From a virus: DNA of 64,000 nt. Position numbers and translations under genes: made by a program. Positions 47,670 through 57,644 of the stretch are shown here, one piece after another (position 1 is the first letter of the stretch; the number at the start of each line of letters is the position of its first letter). The DNA lies in the IMG/VR virus record IMGVR_UViG_3300033156_000150, positions 20,947 to 84,946 of that record. The stretch is one strand, 5' to 3'. The notes beneath the pieces were generated by a model. That model had not been told where the DNA came from. It worked only from the letters and a program-made list of their open reading frames with translations, and did no database searches.

Positions 47670-48698
47670 ATGAAACGGGATGAACTTTTGAAGGGCTTGC
47701 AAGCAGTGAGTGTTGGTATGGTTTCCGGATCCCTGTTGGAGCATTCGGATTGCTTCCACTTCAGGGATGGATTCGTTTACATGTTCAGCGATGAGGTTGT
47801 GTGCCGGGCGCCCTTGCCGCAGAATGCTGATATTGTTGGAGCTGTTCCTGCGTCTCCGTTACTTAAATCCCTGTCCAGTTTGCCTGATGAGGAGATAGAC
47901 ATCGGCGTGAAGGATGGGGAGCTGAGGGTAGTAGCAAAAAGCTCGTACATCAAAAGGAAATCGAAGCTGGTGCCCTCAAGGCAGTTTGGCTTGGCATGCC
48001 ATTCGGATGCTGAGTTTCCTTTCCCGTCCGTAATGGGCGATGTTGAATGGATGCCACTTGAATCCGGAACGATGGAGAAGTTGGAGGTAGTGGGGAGCTG
48101 TGCTAGTAGGGATGAGGCACGTTTCCTGCTTACGTGCGTCCATCTGACTCCGGACTATGCCGAGGCGTCTGACGACACCCAAATATGCCGCGCCATGTTG
48201 CCAATGAAGGTGGATGCTGTTGTTCGGTGGGAGTCATTGAGTAGGGTATGCCGCTTCGGTGCGGTTGCCGTTGGTGATTCGGACGAGTGGTTGCACTTCG
48301 CAGCTGACAACGACAGAGGCATGCGGATTGCTATACGGAAGCACAACCAAGAATATCCCAGTTTGGACAAGTTCCTTAACCGCGATGGAAAGAAGGTTGC
48401 GTTGCCTGAGGGACTGGGTAATGCTGTTGATCGAGCTGATGTGTTTTTGTCAGCCGCGTCCGGAGACCCTGTTGTGTCTGTTCAGTTTAGGGGGAACATG
48501 GTGGTTCTGAGTGCCAGCTCCGACATTGGGTGGTACAAGGAAGCGCACCAAATCAAATGGGGAGGGGAGCCCTGTTCGTTTCTTATATCCTCCAAGGTTC
48601 TGCGGAACATTGTCAACCGTAGCAAAGAGTGTGAGCTGGGAAGTGGTTGGATCAAGGTGAAGTGGGACGAGTTTACTTTCCTTGGTGCTACGGGTTGA
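47670..48698 (+). CDS. DNA sliding clamp (beta-clamp-like)
   Basis: SLPDEEI, ASRDEARFLLTCVHL, EYP..AVDRA; size and context. Confidence 0.7.
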   Translation: MKRDELLKGLQAVSVGMVSGSLLEHSDCFHFRDGFVYMFSDEVVCRAPLPQNADIVGAVPASPLLKSLSSLPDEEIDIGVKDGELRVVAKSSYIKRKSKLVPSRQFGLACHSDAEFPFPSVMGDVEWMPLESGTMEKLEVVGSCASRDEARFLLTCVHLTPDYAEASDDTQICRAMLPMKVDAVVRWESLSRVCRFGAVAVGDSDEWLHFAADNDRGMRIAIRKHNQEYPSLDKFLNRDGKKVALPEGLGNAVDRADVFLSAASGDPVVSVQFRGNMVVLSASSDIGWYKEAHQIKWGGEPCSFLISSKVLRNIVNRSKECELGSGWIKVKWDEFTFLGATG

Positions 48699-48701
48699 GA
48701 C

Positions 48702-49886
48702 ATGCGATTTGGTTTGGACGTAGTGTCAGTTGGCAGCGTGTCCAGGTGTGGGAAGTGTGGTCTGTGCAAGGAATGCAACACTCCTGGAATGAAGCCAACG
48801 GGCAAAGGACGCAAGGGAATAATGGTCATTGCCGAAGCTCCAGGCCGGCAGGAGGATGAGCAAGGAGTGCAATTGGTTGGCCGGGCGGGACGTTTCTTCA
48901 GGAGCGTGCTAAACGAGTTCGGCGTTGATTTGGACCGTGATTGCTGGAAGACAAACGCCGTGTGTTGTAGGCCTCCTCGGAACCGCAAGCCAACCAATAT
49001 GGAGATTCAAGCGTGCCGGCCAAACGTGTTTGCAGCGATTCGCCAATACCAGCCCAAGGTTATCCTGTTGTTGGGGCAGGCGGCTGTGGAGTCTGTCATA
49101 GGACAGGATTGGGGAGAGTCCGTTGGACCGATTGGTCGGTGGGTTGGTTTCTGTATCCCATCAATTGCACACAACGCTTGGATTTGTCCAACGTGGCATC
49201 CTTCATATTTACTGAGGGATGATAGCGAACCGCTCCATTTGTGGTTCAGGAAGCATATTGAGCGGGCGTTGTCGTTTAAGCGACGTCCCTGGCGCAAGCC
49301 TCCTGACTATACTTCGCTTGTGGATCGGGTTATCGAGCCGACAGAGGCAGCTAAGCGATTGGCGAAGTTAAGAAGTCAAGGCCAGTCAGTTTCGTTTGAT
49401 TACGAAACGGACAGGCTCAAGCCGGATCATGGGGAGTCTCGTATTGTGACTTGTGCTGTCAGCAATGGGAAAAGGGCTATGGCTTTCCCATGGTTGGAAC
49501 CGGCTGTGAGTGAAATGAGCAAGTTGCTCAGGAGCGATGTTCCAAAGATTGGGTGGAACATTAAGTACGAGGAACGCTGGACAAGGAAGGTGTTGGGGCA
49601 TGGGGTTAGGCGTTGGGCATGGGATGGGATGTTGGCGACACACGTGCTGGACAATCGGCCTGGAATAACGTCGCTCAAGTTTCAATCCTACATATGGTTT
49701 GGGCAGCCGTTGTATGACAAGGAAGTTGCACCATACCTAGACGCTACACGGGGAAACGAGCAAAACAGGATCCGCAAGATTCCCTTGTTGTCCCTCTTGC
49801 TTTACAACGGGTTGGATGCTCTGTTCACTCACATGATTGCGTACAAGCAGAGGCAACAAATGATGCAGGACGTGAGCAATGATTAG
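48702..49886 (+). CDS. Family-4 UDG-like domain fused to 3'-5' exonuclease (PolA N-terminal part)
   Basis: C..C.LC, AEAPG..ED, CRPP.NR.P and HPSY; then FDYET, WNIKYE and YNGLDA. Confidence 0.88.
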   Translation: MRFGLDVVSVGSVSRCGKCGLCKECNTPGMKPTGKGRKGIMVIAEAPGRQEDEQGVQLVGRAGRFFRSVLNEFGVDLDRDCWKTNAVCCRPPRNRKPTNMEIQACRPNVFAAIRQYQPKVILLLGQAAVESVIGQDWGESVGPIGRWVGFCIPSIAHNAWICPTWHPSYLLRDDSEPLHLWFRKHIERALSFKRRPWRKPPDYTSLVDRVIEPTEAAKRLAKLRSQGQSVSFDYETDRLKPDHGESRIVTCAVSNGKRAMAFPWLEPAVSEMSKLLRSDVPKIGWNIKYEERWTRKVLGHGVRRWAWDGMLATHVLDNRPGITSLKFQSYIWFGQPLYDKEVAPYLDATRGNEQNRIRKIPLLSLLLYNGLDALFTHMIAYKQRQQMMQDVSND

Positions 49887-51222
49887 ACTGGTGTCGAAGG
49901 ACGCATATCAACTGGTTCACCAGGGAACTCTTGCATTGGCTGAAGTGGAGCGTCATGGTCTTAGAATTGACACCCAATGGCTGGATGCTTCAATTAAAAG
50001 GGTGAGCGAACAGCAGCGTAAGTTGGAAGCTCAGCTCAAGACCAGCGATGTTTGGAAGGAATGGAAGAAAAGGTTTGGCGCAAGGGCTTCGCTGTCGAGC
50101 CGGGCCCAGTTAGGAACCATTTTGTTTGACGTGTTGGGTATAGAATGCCCGGAGTACACCAAGACAGGCAGGCCGAAAACGAGCGAGGACGTGCTTGAGT
50201 CAGTGGAGCTGCCGTTTGTGAAGGATTACTTGAAGCTCGAAAAGCTGCGCAAGCTCTATTCAACCTACCTAATGGGGTTAAAGCATGAAGTGCAAGATGG
50301 GTATCTACATCCGTCTTACAACTTGCATTTGGCCCGCAGCTTTCGCTCATCGTGTGACAAGCCAAACTTCCAGAACATCCCCATCCGTGATAAGGAAATT
50401 GGGAAACTGGTGCGGAGGTGCTTTGTGCCACGTCCTGGTCGTGTCTTGGTAGAAGTGGATTATTCGGGGCACGAGTTTCGGATTGCTGCGTGCCATTGGC
50501 GTGACAAGCGCATGGTGAGCTATGCAAGCGACTCATCGCTTGACATTCATCGGGATATGGCGGCCGTGTGTTTTGAGCTGCCGGTGGAACGTGTTTCAAA
50601 GGAGGCGCGCTTCTACGCAAAGAACCAATTTGTGTTTCCAATGCTTTATGGCTCATGGTGGAAGTCGTGTGCCCGCAATTTGTGGACGATGGTCGAAACG
50701 GCTGGGATAAAGACGGCGGACGGCGTCCCAATCAGGGAGCATTTGGAGTCCGTGGGAATTCATACATTCGAGGATTTTGAAAGACATATTGAGTATGCTG
50801 AGGGAAAGTTCAAGGAGCATTTTCCGCAGTGGACTGAGCGCAGCGAGATATGGTGGAACGCCTATGTCAAGCGTGGTGGGTTTCGCGTGGCAACAGGGTT
50901 TTGGTTGTCAGGTGTGTATTCACGCAATCAGGTAATGAACATGCCAATACAGGGGCCAGCGTTTCACTGTCTGCTATGGTCGCTGATCCAACTTGTGCGT
51001 GAGTTGAGGAAGCGACGCATGCGAACTGTTGTCGTTGGGCAAATACATGACAGCATTCTTGCTGACGTGTGTAAGGAGGAGCTGGACGACTACTTGGCGA
51101 TGGTGAAACGTATAATGGAAGGGGACGTAAGGCGTCACTGGCCGTGGATTGTTGTTCCGCTCAAAATTGAAGCAATGGTGGCGGAAAACAACTGGTTTGA
51201 AAAGCATGAGGTGGAGATATGA
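49879..51222 (+). CDS. polA: Family A DNA polymerase, polymerase domain
   Basis: RSSCDKPNFQNIP, DYSGHEFR, R..AK...YG, NMPIQG and QIHDS. Confidence 0.92.
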   Translation: MIRLVSKDAYQLVHQGTLALAEVERHGLRIDTQWLDASIKRVSEQQRKLEAQLKTSDVWKEWKKRFGARASLSSRAQLGTILFDVLGIECPEYTKTGRPKTSEDVLESVELPFVKDYLKLEKLRKLYSTYLMGLKHEVQDGYLHPSYNLHLARSFRSSCDKPNFQNIPIRDKEIGKLVRRCFVPRPGRVLVEVDYSGHEFRIAACHWRDKRMVSYASDSSLDIHRDMAAVCFELPVERVSKEARFYAKNQFVFPMLYGSWWKSCARNLWTMVETAGIKTADGVPIREHLESVGIHTFEDFERHIEYAEGKFKEHFPQWTERSEIWWNAYVKRGGFRVATGFWLSGVYSRNQVMNMPIQGPAFHCLLWSLIQLVRELRKRRMRTVVVGQIHDSILADVCKEELDDYLAMVKRIMEGDVRRHWPWIVVPLKIEAMVAENNWFEKHEVEI

Positions 51223-52160
51223 CTGTTGATGCTGTTGAATTGTATCGCAAGTATCGGCCAACAAAGTTCTCGCAAGTGTTGGGGCAGCGAGAAGCCATAG
51301 CGACGCTAGCCAACATGGGAAAACGCCGGGCCGTTCCACACTGCTTGTTGTTCACCGGACCGTCCGGAGTAGGAAAGACAACGCTCATTAGGATCTTGCG
51401 GGAAAAGCTGGGATGCAAGGAACATGATTACGTCGAAATCAATGCAGCGGAGGCGCGAGGAATTGACACGATACGGGACATTCAGCGTCGGTTAACGCTT
51501 AGTCCACTTTCTGGCCGATGCCGTGTTTGGGCTATTGATGAGTGTCACAGGTTGACCACGGATGCGCAGTCGGCGTTGCTGAAGATCCTTGAGGATACGC
51601 CACCGACTGCTTACTTCATGCTTGCAACCACGGAGCCAAACAAGCTATTGACAACCATCCGAACGCGATGCACGGAGATTGCACTGAAGCCGCTGTCGCT
51701 GGACGACCTGGAGTCACTAGTAGGAGAAATTGCAAGGAGGGAGGGTGTTGAACTCGCTGAGGAAGTGTGTGAGAAAGTTGCGCAGTTGGCGGATGGGTCT
51801 GCTCGCAAGGCTTTGGTGTTGTTACATGGCATTGTGGGAATGAAAAGCGACGAGGAGCAGCTTGAAGCTCTTGGCAAGATGGTAAGTGAGTCGCAGGCCA
51901 TTGAGCTTGCTCGCTTATTGCTTAAACCAACCGCTCGATGGGCGGAAGTAGCAAGGTTGTTGGCGTCGCTGCCTGAGCTTGAGAAGGAAACTGAGTCCGT
52001 GCGGCGATTGGTGCTGGCTTACATGTCAAAGGTAGCCGTTAAGAATCCGAGGTTTGCTGGGCGTGCCGTTGTCATAATTGATTCGTTCAGGGATCCTTTT
52101 TACGACTCTGGCGCCGCTGGGTTGATATTGGCTTGTTACGAAGTCGTTTCACAAGGTTAG
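51219..52160 (+). CDS. Clamp loader AAA+ subunit (DnaX/RFC-like)
   Basis: LYRKYRP, GPSGVGKTT, IDECH, LLKILE and TIRTRC. Confidence 0.9.
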   Translation: MTVDAVELYRKYRPTKFSQVLGQREAIATLANMGKRRAVPHCLLFTGPSGVGKTTLIRILREKLGCKEHDYVEINAAEARGIDTIRDIQRRLTLSPLSGRCRVWAIDECHRLTTDAQSALLKILEDTPPTAYFMLATTEPNKLLTTIRTRCTEIALKPLSLDDLESLVGEIARREGVELAEEVCEKVAQLADGSARKALVLLHGIVGMKSDEEQLEALGKMVSESQAIELARLLLKPTARWAEVARLLASLPELEKETESVRRLVLAYMSKVAVKNPRFAGRAVVIIDSFRDPFYDSGAAGLILACYEVVSQG

Positions 52161-52195
52161 GTGTTTTGGTGTCCGTATAATAAAGGAGAGGAGAG

Positions 52196-52390
52196 ATGAA
52201 AGTTCGCTACGATTTGTCCAGGACGGTCAACTTGGGAAACTATGAGTCCGCCAAGATTGGCATTGGAATTGAAACGGATGTACCTGACGGATCTACGCTA
52301 GATGAGACGTTTGCGTGGATTCGTGCATGGGTAAACGACAAGGTAGCTGAAGAGGAAGACCTTTGGACAGGTGAAGGGAGCGAGAAATGA
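52196..52390 (+). CDS. Small hypothetical protein
   Basis: Strong RBS; RTVNLGNYESAKI motif. Confidence 0.7.
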   Translation: MKVRYDLSRTVNLGNYESAKIGIGIETDVPDGSTLDETFAWIRAWVNDKVAEEEDLWTGEGSEK

Positions 52391-52875
52391 TTTTGAATGA
52401 CTTGGATCCACGTGAAAACGAGTCCTTGTTCCAACCAAATGAGTTTGAGCTGGACAAGGAGTGGGTGGCGCAGCCATCGCTTTACTTGAAGTTCGCTACG
52501 GCGTTGGCTGATGCCAGGGCACGTTACGACCAGGCCAAGGCGCAGTTGGACGTAATCAAAGCCAACGTGAATTTGGAGGTTCGAAAAGAGCCGCAGGAGT
52601 TCGGGATTTCCAAGGTTACGGAGTCCGTTGTTTCCTCGGCTGTCGCAACGGATGTGCGAGTAGTTAAAGCGCAGGAAGCAGTAACGAAGGCTAGGCATGA
52701 AGTGGATATCCTAACAGCCGCGGTGACTGCTTTGGAGCATAAGAAGGCAGCATTGGAGAAGCTGGTGCAATTGCACTTGGCTTCTTACTACGCCAAGCCA
52801 GTGGTGGAAGGCAGCGATGAGGAAGCGAAAGAGGTGGTAAAAAAAGCCGTGAGACAGAGAGGACGGCAACGGTGA
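52387..52875 (+). CDS. UvsY-like recombination mediator
   Basis: LDKEWVAQPSLY, KVTE and ALEHKKAALE helical pattern; upstream of SSB and RecA. Confidence 0.6.
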   Translation: MILNDLDPRENESLFQPNEFELDKEWVAQPSLYLKFATALADARARYDQAKAQLDVIKANVNLEVRKEPQEFGISKVTESVVSSAVATDVRVVKAQEAVTKARHEVDILTAAVTALEHKKAALEKLVQLHLASYYAKPVVEGSDEEAKEVVKKAVRQRGRQR

Positions 52876-53009
52876 AAGTCATAGCGATAGTTGTACTGCT
52901 GATGGTGTGTTTTCCATTGGTTGTGTTCTACTCGGTCAAGTTCGGGACCTATGCCTTCTTTGCTGGAAGGCGGGCGTTTCTGAAAGGAGAGTGTGATGAG
53001 AAGTCGTAA
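52872..53009 (+). CDS. 45-aa membrane peptide (not in ORF track)
   Basis: GTGA overlap; KVIAIVVLLMVCFPLVVFYSVKFG fills the gap exactly. Confidence 0.45.
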   Translation: MKVIAIVVLLMVCFPLVVFYSVKFGTYAFFAGRRAFLKGECDEKS

Positions 53010-54054
53010 AAAGCGACGTCGTGCAGGTTCGTCGAAACGGGATGCGTTGCACCGCACGGGTCGTGGCTGGACGACTATTGAAATCCCAGAGGGAATTGAA
53101 ATGTTCCAGCCTAAGCCTGGGAAGTATCGTCTGGACATTATTCCTTACGAAGTTGGTGAGGGGAATCCGTATGCTGACCCTGGAACGTGGTACTATGAGC
53201 GCACGTTCTTTGTGCATACTCGGATTGGTCCGAACCAACAGTCCTTTGTCTGCCCGTCCAAGACATTGGGGAAGCCGTGCCCAATCTGCAAACATGCGGA
53301 TGAGTTGGCCGACGAAGCTGACGTAGATCCCGAGGTGGTGAAAGCATTGCAGCCGAAGGAGCGGCAGTTGTTCCTTGTGTACGACCACGGGCAGCCGGAC
53401 AAAGGTGTCCAATTGTGGGAAGTGTCCTATTACTTGTTTGGCTCATTGTTGGACGACTTGCGGCACGATGCTGACGAGAACGAAACCTGGATTACCGATT
53501 TTGACGATCCGGATGCTGGTTCGACGCTAAAGGTTAGCTTCCGGGAGGAGCGTCTCAGTCGGTTTTCCTTTGTGAAGGCTTACCACATTGACTTCCGTCC
53601 CAGAAAGAACGGCTTGTCCGAAGAGTTGTTGAACCACGGCATTGTGCTGGACGACTTGTTGAAGGTCTTGGACTATAAGTCCCTCAAGTCGATTCTGTTG
53701 CAAGAGCAAGCAGAAGATGAGGACGAGGAGGACGAGGACGAAGAGCCAGTTCCCGCTGGCAGGCGGTCGCGGCGGAAATCAGCGCCCCCCACGCCTAAGA
53801 AAGTCGAAGAGGAAAGTGACGTTGAGGACGAGGGGGACGCGGAAGACGACGAAGACGAAGCTCCCATTCCTCCCAAGCTCCGTTCGAAGTCTAGCAACAC
53901 ACGTAGCCGTGCCGCCAAAGCAGAGGAGGACGTTGACGAGGATTTTGACGACGATGCTGATGCTGATGCTGACGCCGATGCTGATGTGGATGCCGGTGAG
54001 CAGGAAGCTGACAGCGCCGAAGGAGAGGAGGACGAGGACTGGATTCCGTGGTAA
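52993..54054 (+). CDS. Single-stranded DNA-binding protein (gp32-like) with acidic tail
   Basis: H..CP..CPIC zinc site; long Asp/Glu-rich C-terminus ending DWIPW. Confidence 0.75.
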   Translation: MMRSRKKRRRAGSSKRDALHRTGRGWTTIEIPEGIEMFQPKPGKYRLDIIPYEVGEGNPYADPGTWYYERTFFVHTRIGPNQQSFVCPSKTLGKPCPICKHADELADEADVDPEVVKALQPKERQLFLVYDHGQPDKGVQLWEVSYYLFGSLLDDLRHDADENETWITDFDDPDAGSTLKVSFREERLSRFSFVKAYHIDFRPRKNGLSEELLNHGIVLDDLLKVLDYKSLKSILLQEQAEDEDEEDEDEEPVPAGRRSRRKSAPPTPKKVEEESDVEDEGDAEDDEDEAPIPPKLRSKSSNTRSRAAKAEEDVDEDFDDDADADADADADVDAGEQEADSAEGEEDEDWIPW

Positions 54055-54111
54055 TTGGTGGTGGCTGGTTGACTGGCATGGATGCCAGTCAGTCTATTTG
54101 TGTTTGGGTCC

Positions 54112-55185
54112 ATGGCATACACGCTCGACGACATAAAGCGATCCCTCATGGCTAACATTCAGCATACTAGTATTGGTTTGTCGACGGGAAGCACGTTGTT
54201 GAACTTGGCTTGTACGGACGACCCGTACAAGGGCTTTCTAACTGGACACTATTACTTTGTTGTTGGCGACAGCGCTAGCGGCAAGACTTTTCTGTCCCTG
54301 ACGTGCTTTGCGGAAGCTACCATCAACCCCAACTTCGACAAGTATCGTCTAATCTACGATGGGGTTGAGGGAGGAGCAATGATGGACATTGAGCGGTTCT
54401 TTGGCAAGCGTGTTGCTGAGCGCCTGGAGCCGCCGGCCGTCGATGACGGAGCACCCGTGTTCTCCCATACAGTGGAGGAGTTTTACTGCCACGTTGATGA
54501 TGCAATTGAGCGAGGAGACCCGTTCATTTACGTGCTCGATTCGCAGGACGCACTAACTAGCCAGGCGGAGCTGAGTAAGTTTGGGGAATCGAAGGAAGCG
54601 CTGCGCAAGGGACGGGAGACACCCGGCAGCTATGGGGATGCTAAGGCGAAAGTACATAGTGCAAACCTGCGTCGGCTTATGAGGCCGTTGCAAGACATGC
54701 AATCGCTGTTGATTGTGTTGAACCAAACAAGGGACAGCTTCAACCCGTTTGAGTCCAAGACATACAGTGGCGGACATGCGTTGATGTTCTATGCGACGCT
54801 GGTGTTGTGGGCAAGCGTCGGCGAACGCATTACTAGGACAGTAAGGGGCAAGAAGCGTGTTATTGGAGTGCGTTCCAAGATACGTGTGAAGAAGAACCGC
54901 GTGACTGGGAAGGACCGCACCATTTACGTTCCTATTTACTACAGCCACGGCATTGATGATGTGGGAGGGTGTATTGACTGGTTGATTGATGAGGGAGTGT
55001 GGACAAAGAAGCGAGGGGTAATTACAGCGACAGGCATTGGGCCGGAAATGAAGGGGGACAGGGAATCGCTTGTCCAGAAAATTGAGGAGCGGGAACTGGT
55101 GGACGACCTGAGGGAGTTGGTGGGGGAACACTGGAACGAAATTGAGGCTGCGTGCAGAGTGAAGCGGAAGAAGCGTTATGACTAA
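54112..55185 (+). CDS. RecA/UvsX-like recombinase
   Basis: STGSTLLN, GDSASGKT, LDS, LNQTR, GGHALMFYA and KKNR. Confidence 0.9.
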   Translation: MAYTLDDIKRSLMANIQHTSIGLSTGSTLLNLACTDDPYKGFLTGHYYFVVGDSASGKTFLSLTCFAEATINPNFDKYRLIYDGVEGGAMMDIERFFGKRVAERLEPPAVDDGAPVFSHTVEEFYCHVDDAIERGDPFIYVLDSQDALTSQAELSKFGESKEALRKGRETPGSYGDAKAKVHSANLRRLMRPLQDMQSLLIVLNQTRDSFNPFESKTYSGGHALMFYATLVLWASVGERITRTVRGKKRVIGVRSKIRVKKNRVTGKDRTIYVPIYYSHGIDDVGGCIDWLIDEGVWTKKRGVITATGIGPEMKGDRESLVQKIEERELVDDLRELVGEHWNEIEAACRVKRKKRYD

Positions 55186-55543
55186 GCGCATAAACTCGCG
55201 TCGCAAAGGGAAGGTCGGGGAGCTGGAAGCTGCAAAGCTGTTGCAGCGGTTGTTTGGAATCGACTTCCGCAGGGGCAGGCAGTACAAAGGAACTGAGGAC
55301 TCGCCTGATCTAGTGTCCTCGCTGCATGGGATATGGTGGGAAGTAAAGCGACGGCAGCGGATCAACTTGCACGAGGTTCTGAGAGAAGCGAAGCAGCAAT
55401 GCGGGGACAACGTGCCCGTTGTGTTGCACAGGCGGGACAGGGAGCGCTGGCTAATCACTGTGGACGCCGAGGACATGCCCACTGTTGTTGTGTTGCTGTA
55501 CCTTGCTATGGCTTCAAACGGAGCGTGTGAGGATGACGACTGA
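55178..55543 (+). CDS. Holliday junction resolvase (PD-(D/E)xK)
   Basis: SRRKGKVGELE, PDL, EVKR. Confidence 0.85.
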   Translation: MTKRINSRRKGKVGELEAAKLLQRLFGIDFRRGRQYKGTEDSPDLVSSLHGIWWEVKRRQRINLHEVLREAKQQCGDNVPVVLHRRDRERWLITVDAEDMPTVVVLLYLAMASNGACEDDD

Positions 55544-56489
55544 TACACAGAAACAAAGCTGCGACAAGCTAAAACGGCTTGAGCTACGAAACTTCCAGTG
55601 TCATCGTGTCCTTAAAGTGGAGCTGGATCCCACGGTAACGGCGGTTGTTGGACCTAGCGACACGGGCAAGTCTGCAATATTGCGGGCGTTGCGTTGGGTA
55701 GTGACGAACCGCCCGACGGGAACAATGTTCGTGCGGCGCGGGGCAAAGGATTGTGGGGTGCGTGTTGTCTTGGGCGATGGCGAGGTTGTGCGGTTTCGCA
55801 GTGGAGCCGTCAACGGTTACAAGGTCGACGGCAAGAAGTTGAAAGCCATAGGAACGTCCGTTCCAAGCGACGTCAGCAGTAAGCTCAATATCAGCGAGTT
55901 GAGCTTTGCCAGCCAGCACGACGCTCCGTTCTGGTTTTCGCTGTCGCCTGGGGCTGTAGCACAGGAAATTGACAAGCTAGTTGACTTGGAAATCATTGCA
56001 CGTACCCAGAAGAACGTAGCGAAGGTGTTGCGGGAAGCACGTTCGCGGTTGTCGTATGTGCAAGAGCAAAAGGAGGAAGCGGAGAAAAGAGTCAACGAAC
56101 TGAAGCCGTGGAAAAGGACCGACGTGCTGTTGCGCGACATTGAGGATCTAGCTAATCGTTTGACGGCTGTCCATTCCAAGGCTAGAGACTTACAACAATT
56201 GTGCGAGGAGCTGGGGCAGTTGGACGAAGACGTGGAGAAGAAGGGGAAACATGCTCGCGCATTAGCTAAAGCCGTTGCGTTGATGGAACGCATCTTCGAG
56301 AAGGTAAGAGAAACTTCAAGGGAAGCAGATGAGCTGGAACGTGTGCTTGAGGAGGCACGTAAAACCGATCGGCTTGTTGAGGGTGCAAGGGAACAAGTCG
56401 AAGAGCTGAGATCCACGATTGCAAGGGAGTTCGGCGAGCGCTGTCCGTTGTGCGGCGCCCCAGTCAAGGCCGACAGTCTGCTGGAATAA
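55533..56489 (+). CDS. SbcC/Rad50-like ATPase, N-terminal half
   Basis: LRNFQCH, GPSDTGKS, Q-loop SQHD, coiled coil, terminal CPLCG hook. Confidence 0.85.
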   Translation: MTTDTQKQSCDKLKRLELRNFQCHRVLKVELDPTVTAVVGPSDTGKSAILRALRWVVTNRPTGTMFVRRGAKDCGVRVVLGDGEVVRFRSGAVNGYKVDGKKLKAIGTSVPSDVSSKLNISELSFASQHDAPFWFSLSPGAVAQEIDKLVDLEIIARTQKNVAKVLREARSRLSYVQEQKEEAEKRVNELKPWKRTDVLLRDIEDLANRLTAVHSKARDLQQLCEELGQLDEDVEKKGKHARALAKAVALMERIFEKVRETSREADELERVLEEARKTDRLVEGAREQVEELRSTIAREFGERCPLCGAPVKADSLLE

Positions 56490-56500
56490 GGAGACCAGTT

Positions 56501-57388
56501 ATGTTGGTATTCAGCTCAGACTGGCACATCACACAAGCAGTGCCAGCAGCGCGTGCTGAGGAGAGCTGGCAGGAAGTAATGAAAAGAGCATTGCTTGAGT
56601 TAGCGCGCAAGTCGTATGGTGGCTCAATCATTGTTGCGGGAGACGTGTTTGACAAGTGGAATGTGCCGCCGTCGCTTATCAATTGGGTGATTTCAATACT
56701 GCGAGGTCATTTCGGCTTTGTTTGGGCAATACCAGGGCAACACGACTTGCCATACCATCGTATGGACATGTTAGGACGCTCAGCGTTTTGGACGCTTGTA
56801 GAGGCTGGCGTCGTTAGGTTCATTGACAGGGTGGAGCATATTGGAGGCTACAAAGTAGGGGTGCTGTACTGGGGGGAGCCATGGTCGAAAGCTCCTGAGT
56901 GTGATGTGCTTGTGGCGCATCGCTATGTGTGGACGGAGGACGTTGGGGCGTACCCTGGCGCGCCAGCTGAAAACTGCATGAGTCCTAGGCTTATAGACGT
57001 GTTGTATAAAGAAACCGGTGCTCGGCTTATGGTGTTTGGCGATAACCATGTTCCGTTCATGGCTAAAGGTGCTCATGCAACTGCTGTTAATTGCGGATGC
57101 CTGGTGCGACGCCGGCGCACGGAGCGTGACATATCGGCCGGAGTGTGGTTTTACAAGGAAAGGAAATGCAAGTGGGTTGGCATATCGTGCGAAGCAAACG
57201 ACTGTGGTCAATGGCGCGAGTTGGACGAGAATGTTGTCGAAATAGACGACGTTGGAGGGCTTGCGTCGCTGGCGGAGCTTACTCCAGATCGACTTGATTT
57301 CAAAGCGTTGATGCGGCAGCGCTTAGACCAGGACGATGTCAGCGAAGGTGTGCGGCACATTGTTGAAGGAGCTATGAGCGATGGGTGA
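56501..57388 (+). CDS. SbcD/Mre11-like nuclease
   Basis: SDWH, AGDVFD, PGQHD, GDNH. Confidence 0.85.
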   Translation: MLVFSSDWHITQAVPAARAEESWQEVMKRALLELARKSYGGSIIVAGDVFDKWNVPPSLINWVISILRGHFGFVWAIPGQHDLPYHRMDMLGRSAFWTLVEAGVVRFIDRVEHIGGYKVGVLYWGEPWSKAPECDVLVAHRYVWTEDVGAYPGAPAENCMSPRLIDVLYKETGARLMVFGDNHVPFMAKGAHATAVNCGCLVRRRRTERDISAGVWFYKERKCKWVGISCEANDCGQWRELDENVVEIDDVGGLASLAELTPDRLDFKALMRQRLDQDDVSEGVRHIVEGAMSDG

Positions 57389-57644
57389 TAGAGACACGGT
57401 TTCCAGATTCCTGCAATTGAAGAAGAAAGCGGACCGGGCACGTTCCGAGTACCAGTCATTGCTGGGGAGGAAAGAGAGGGTAATGGAGGATTTGAGGGAG
57501 CGGTTTGGATGTGCAACGCTTGAGGAGGCTGAGCAAAAGCTAGCGGAACTGCGCAAAACGATTAGTGAGCTTGAGGAGGATCTTGATGAGCAACTTGCAC
57601 GGTTTGAAAAGAGAATCGCACGACTACAGGGAAATGGTGACTGA
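57381..57644 (+). CDS. Short coiled-coil protein in the SbcCD cluster
   Basis: Heptad pattern; overlaps both neighbours. Confidence 0.7.
   Translation: MGDRDTVSRFLQLKKKADRARSEYQSLLGRKERVMEDLRERFGCATLEEAEQKLAELRKTISELEEDLDEQLARFEKRIARLQGNGD

Noticed and set aside
49860-49900. Intron or intein splitting polA
   Set aside because: The two ORFs overlap by 8 nt, leaving no intervening sequence or homing endonuclease
53940-53995. GATGCT-type short tandem repeat
   Set aside because: It simply encodes the Asp-Ala run in the acidic SSB tail
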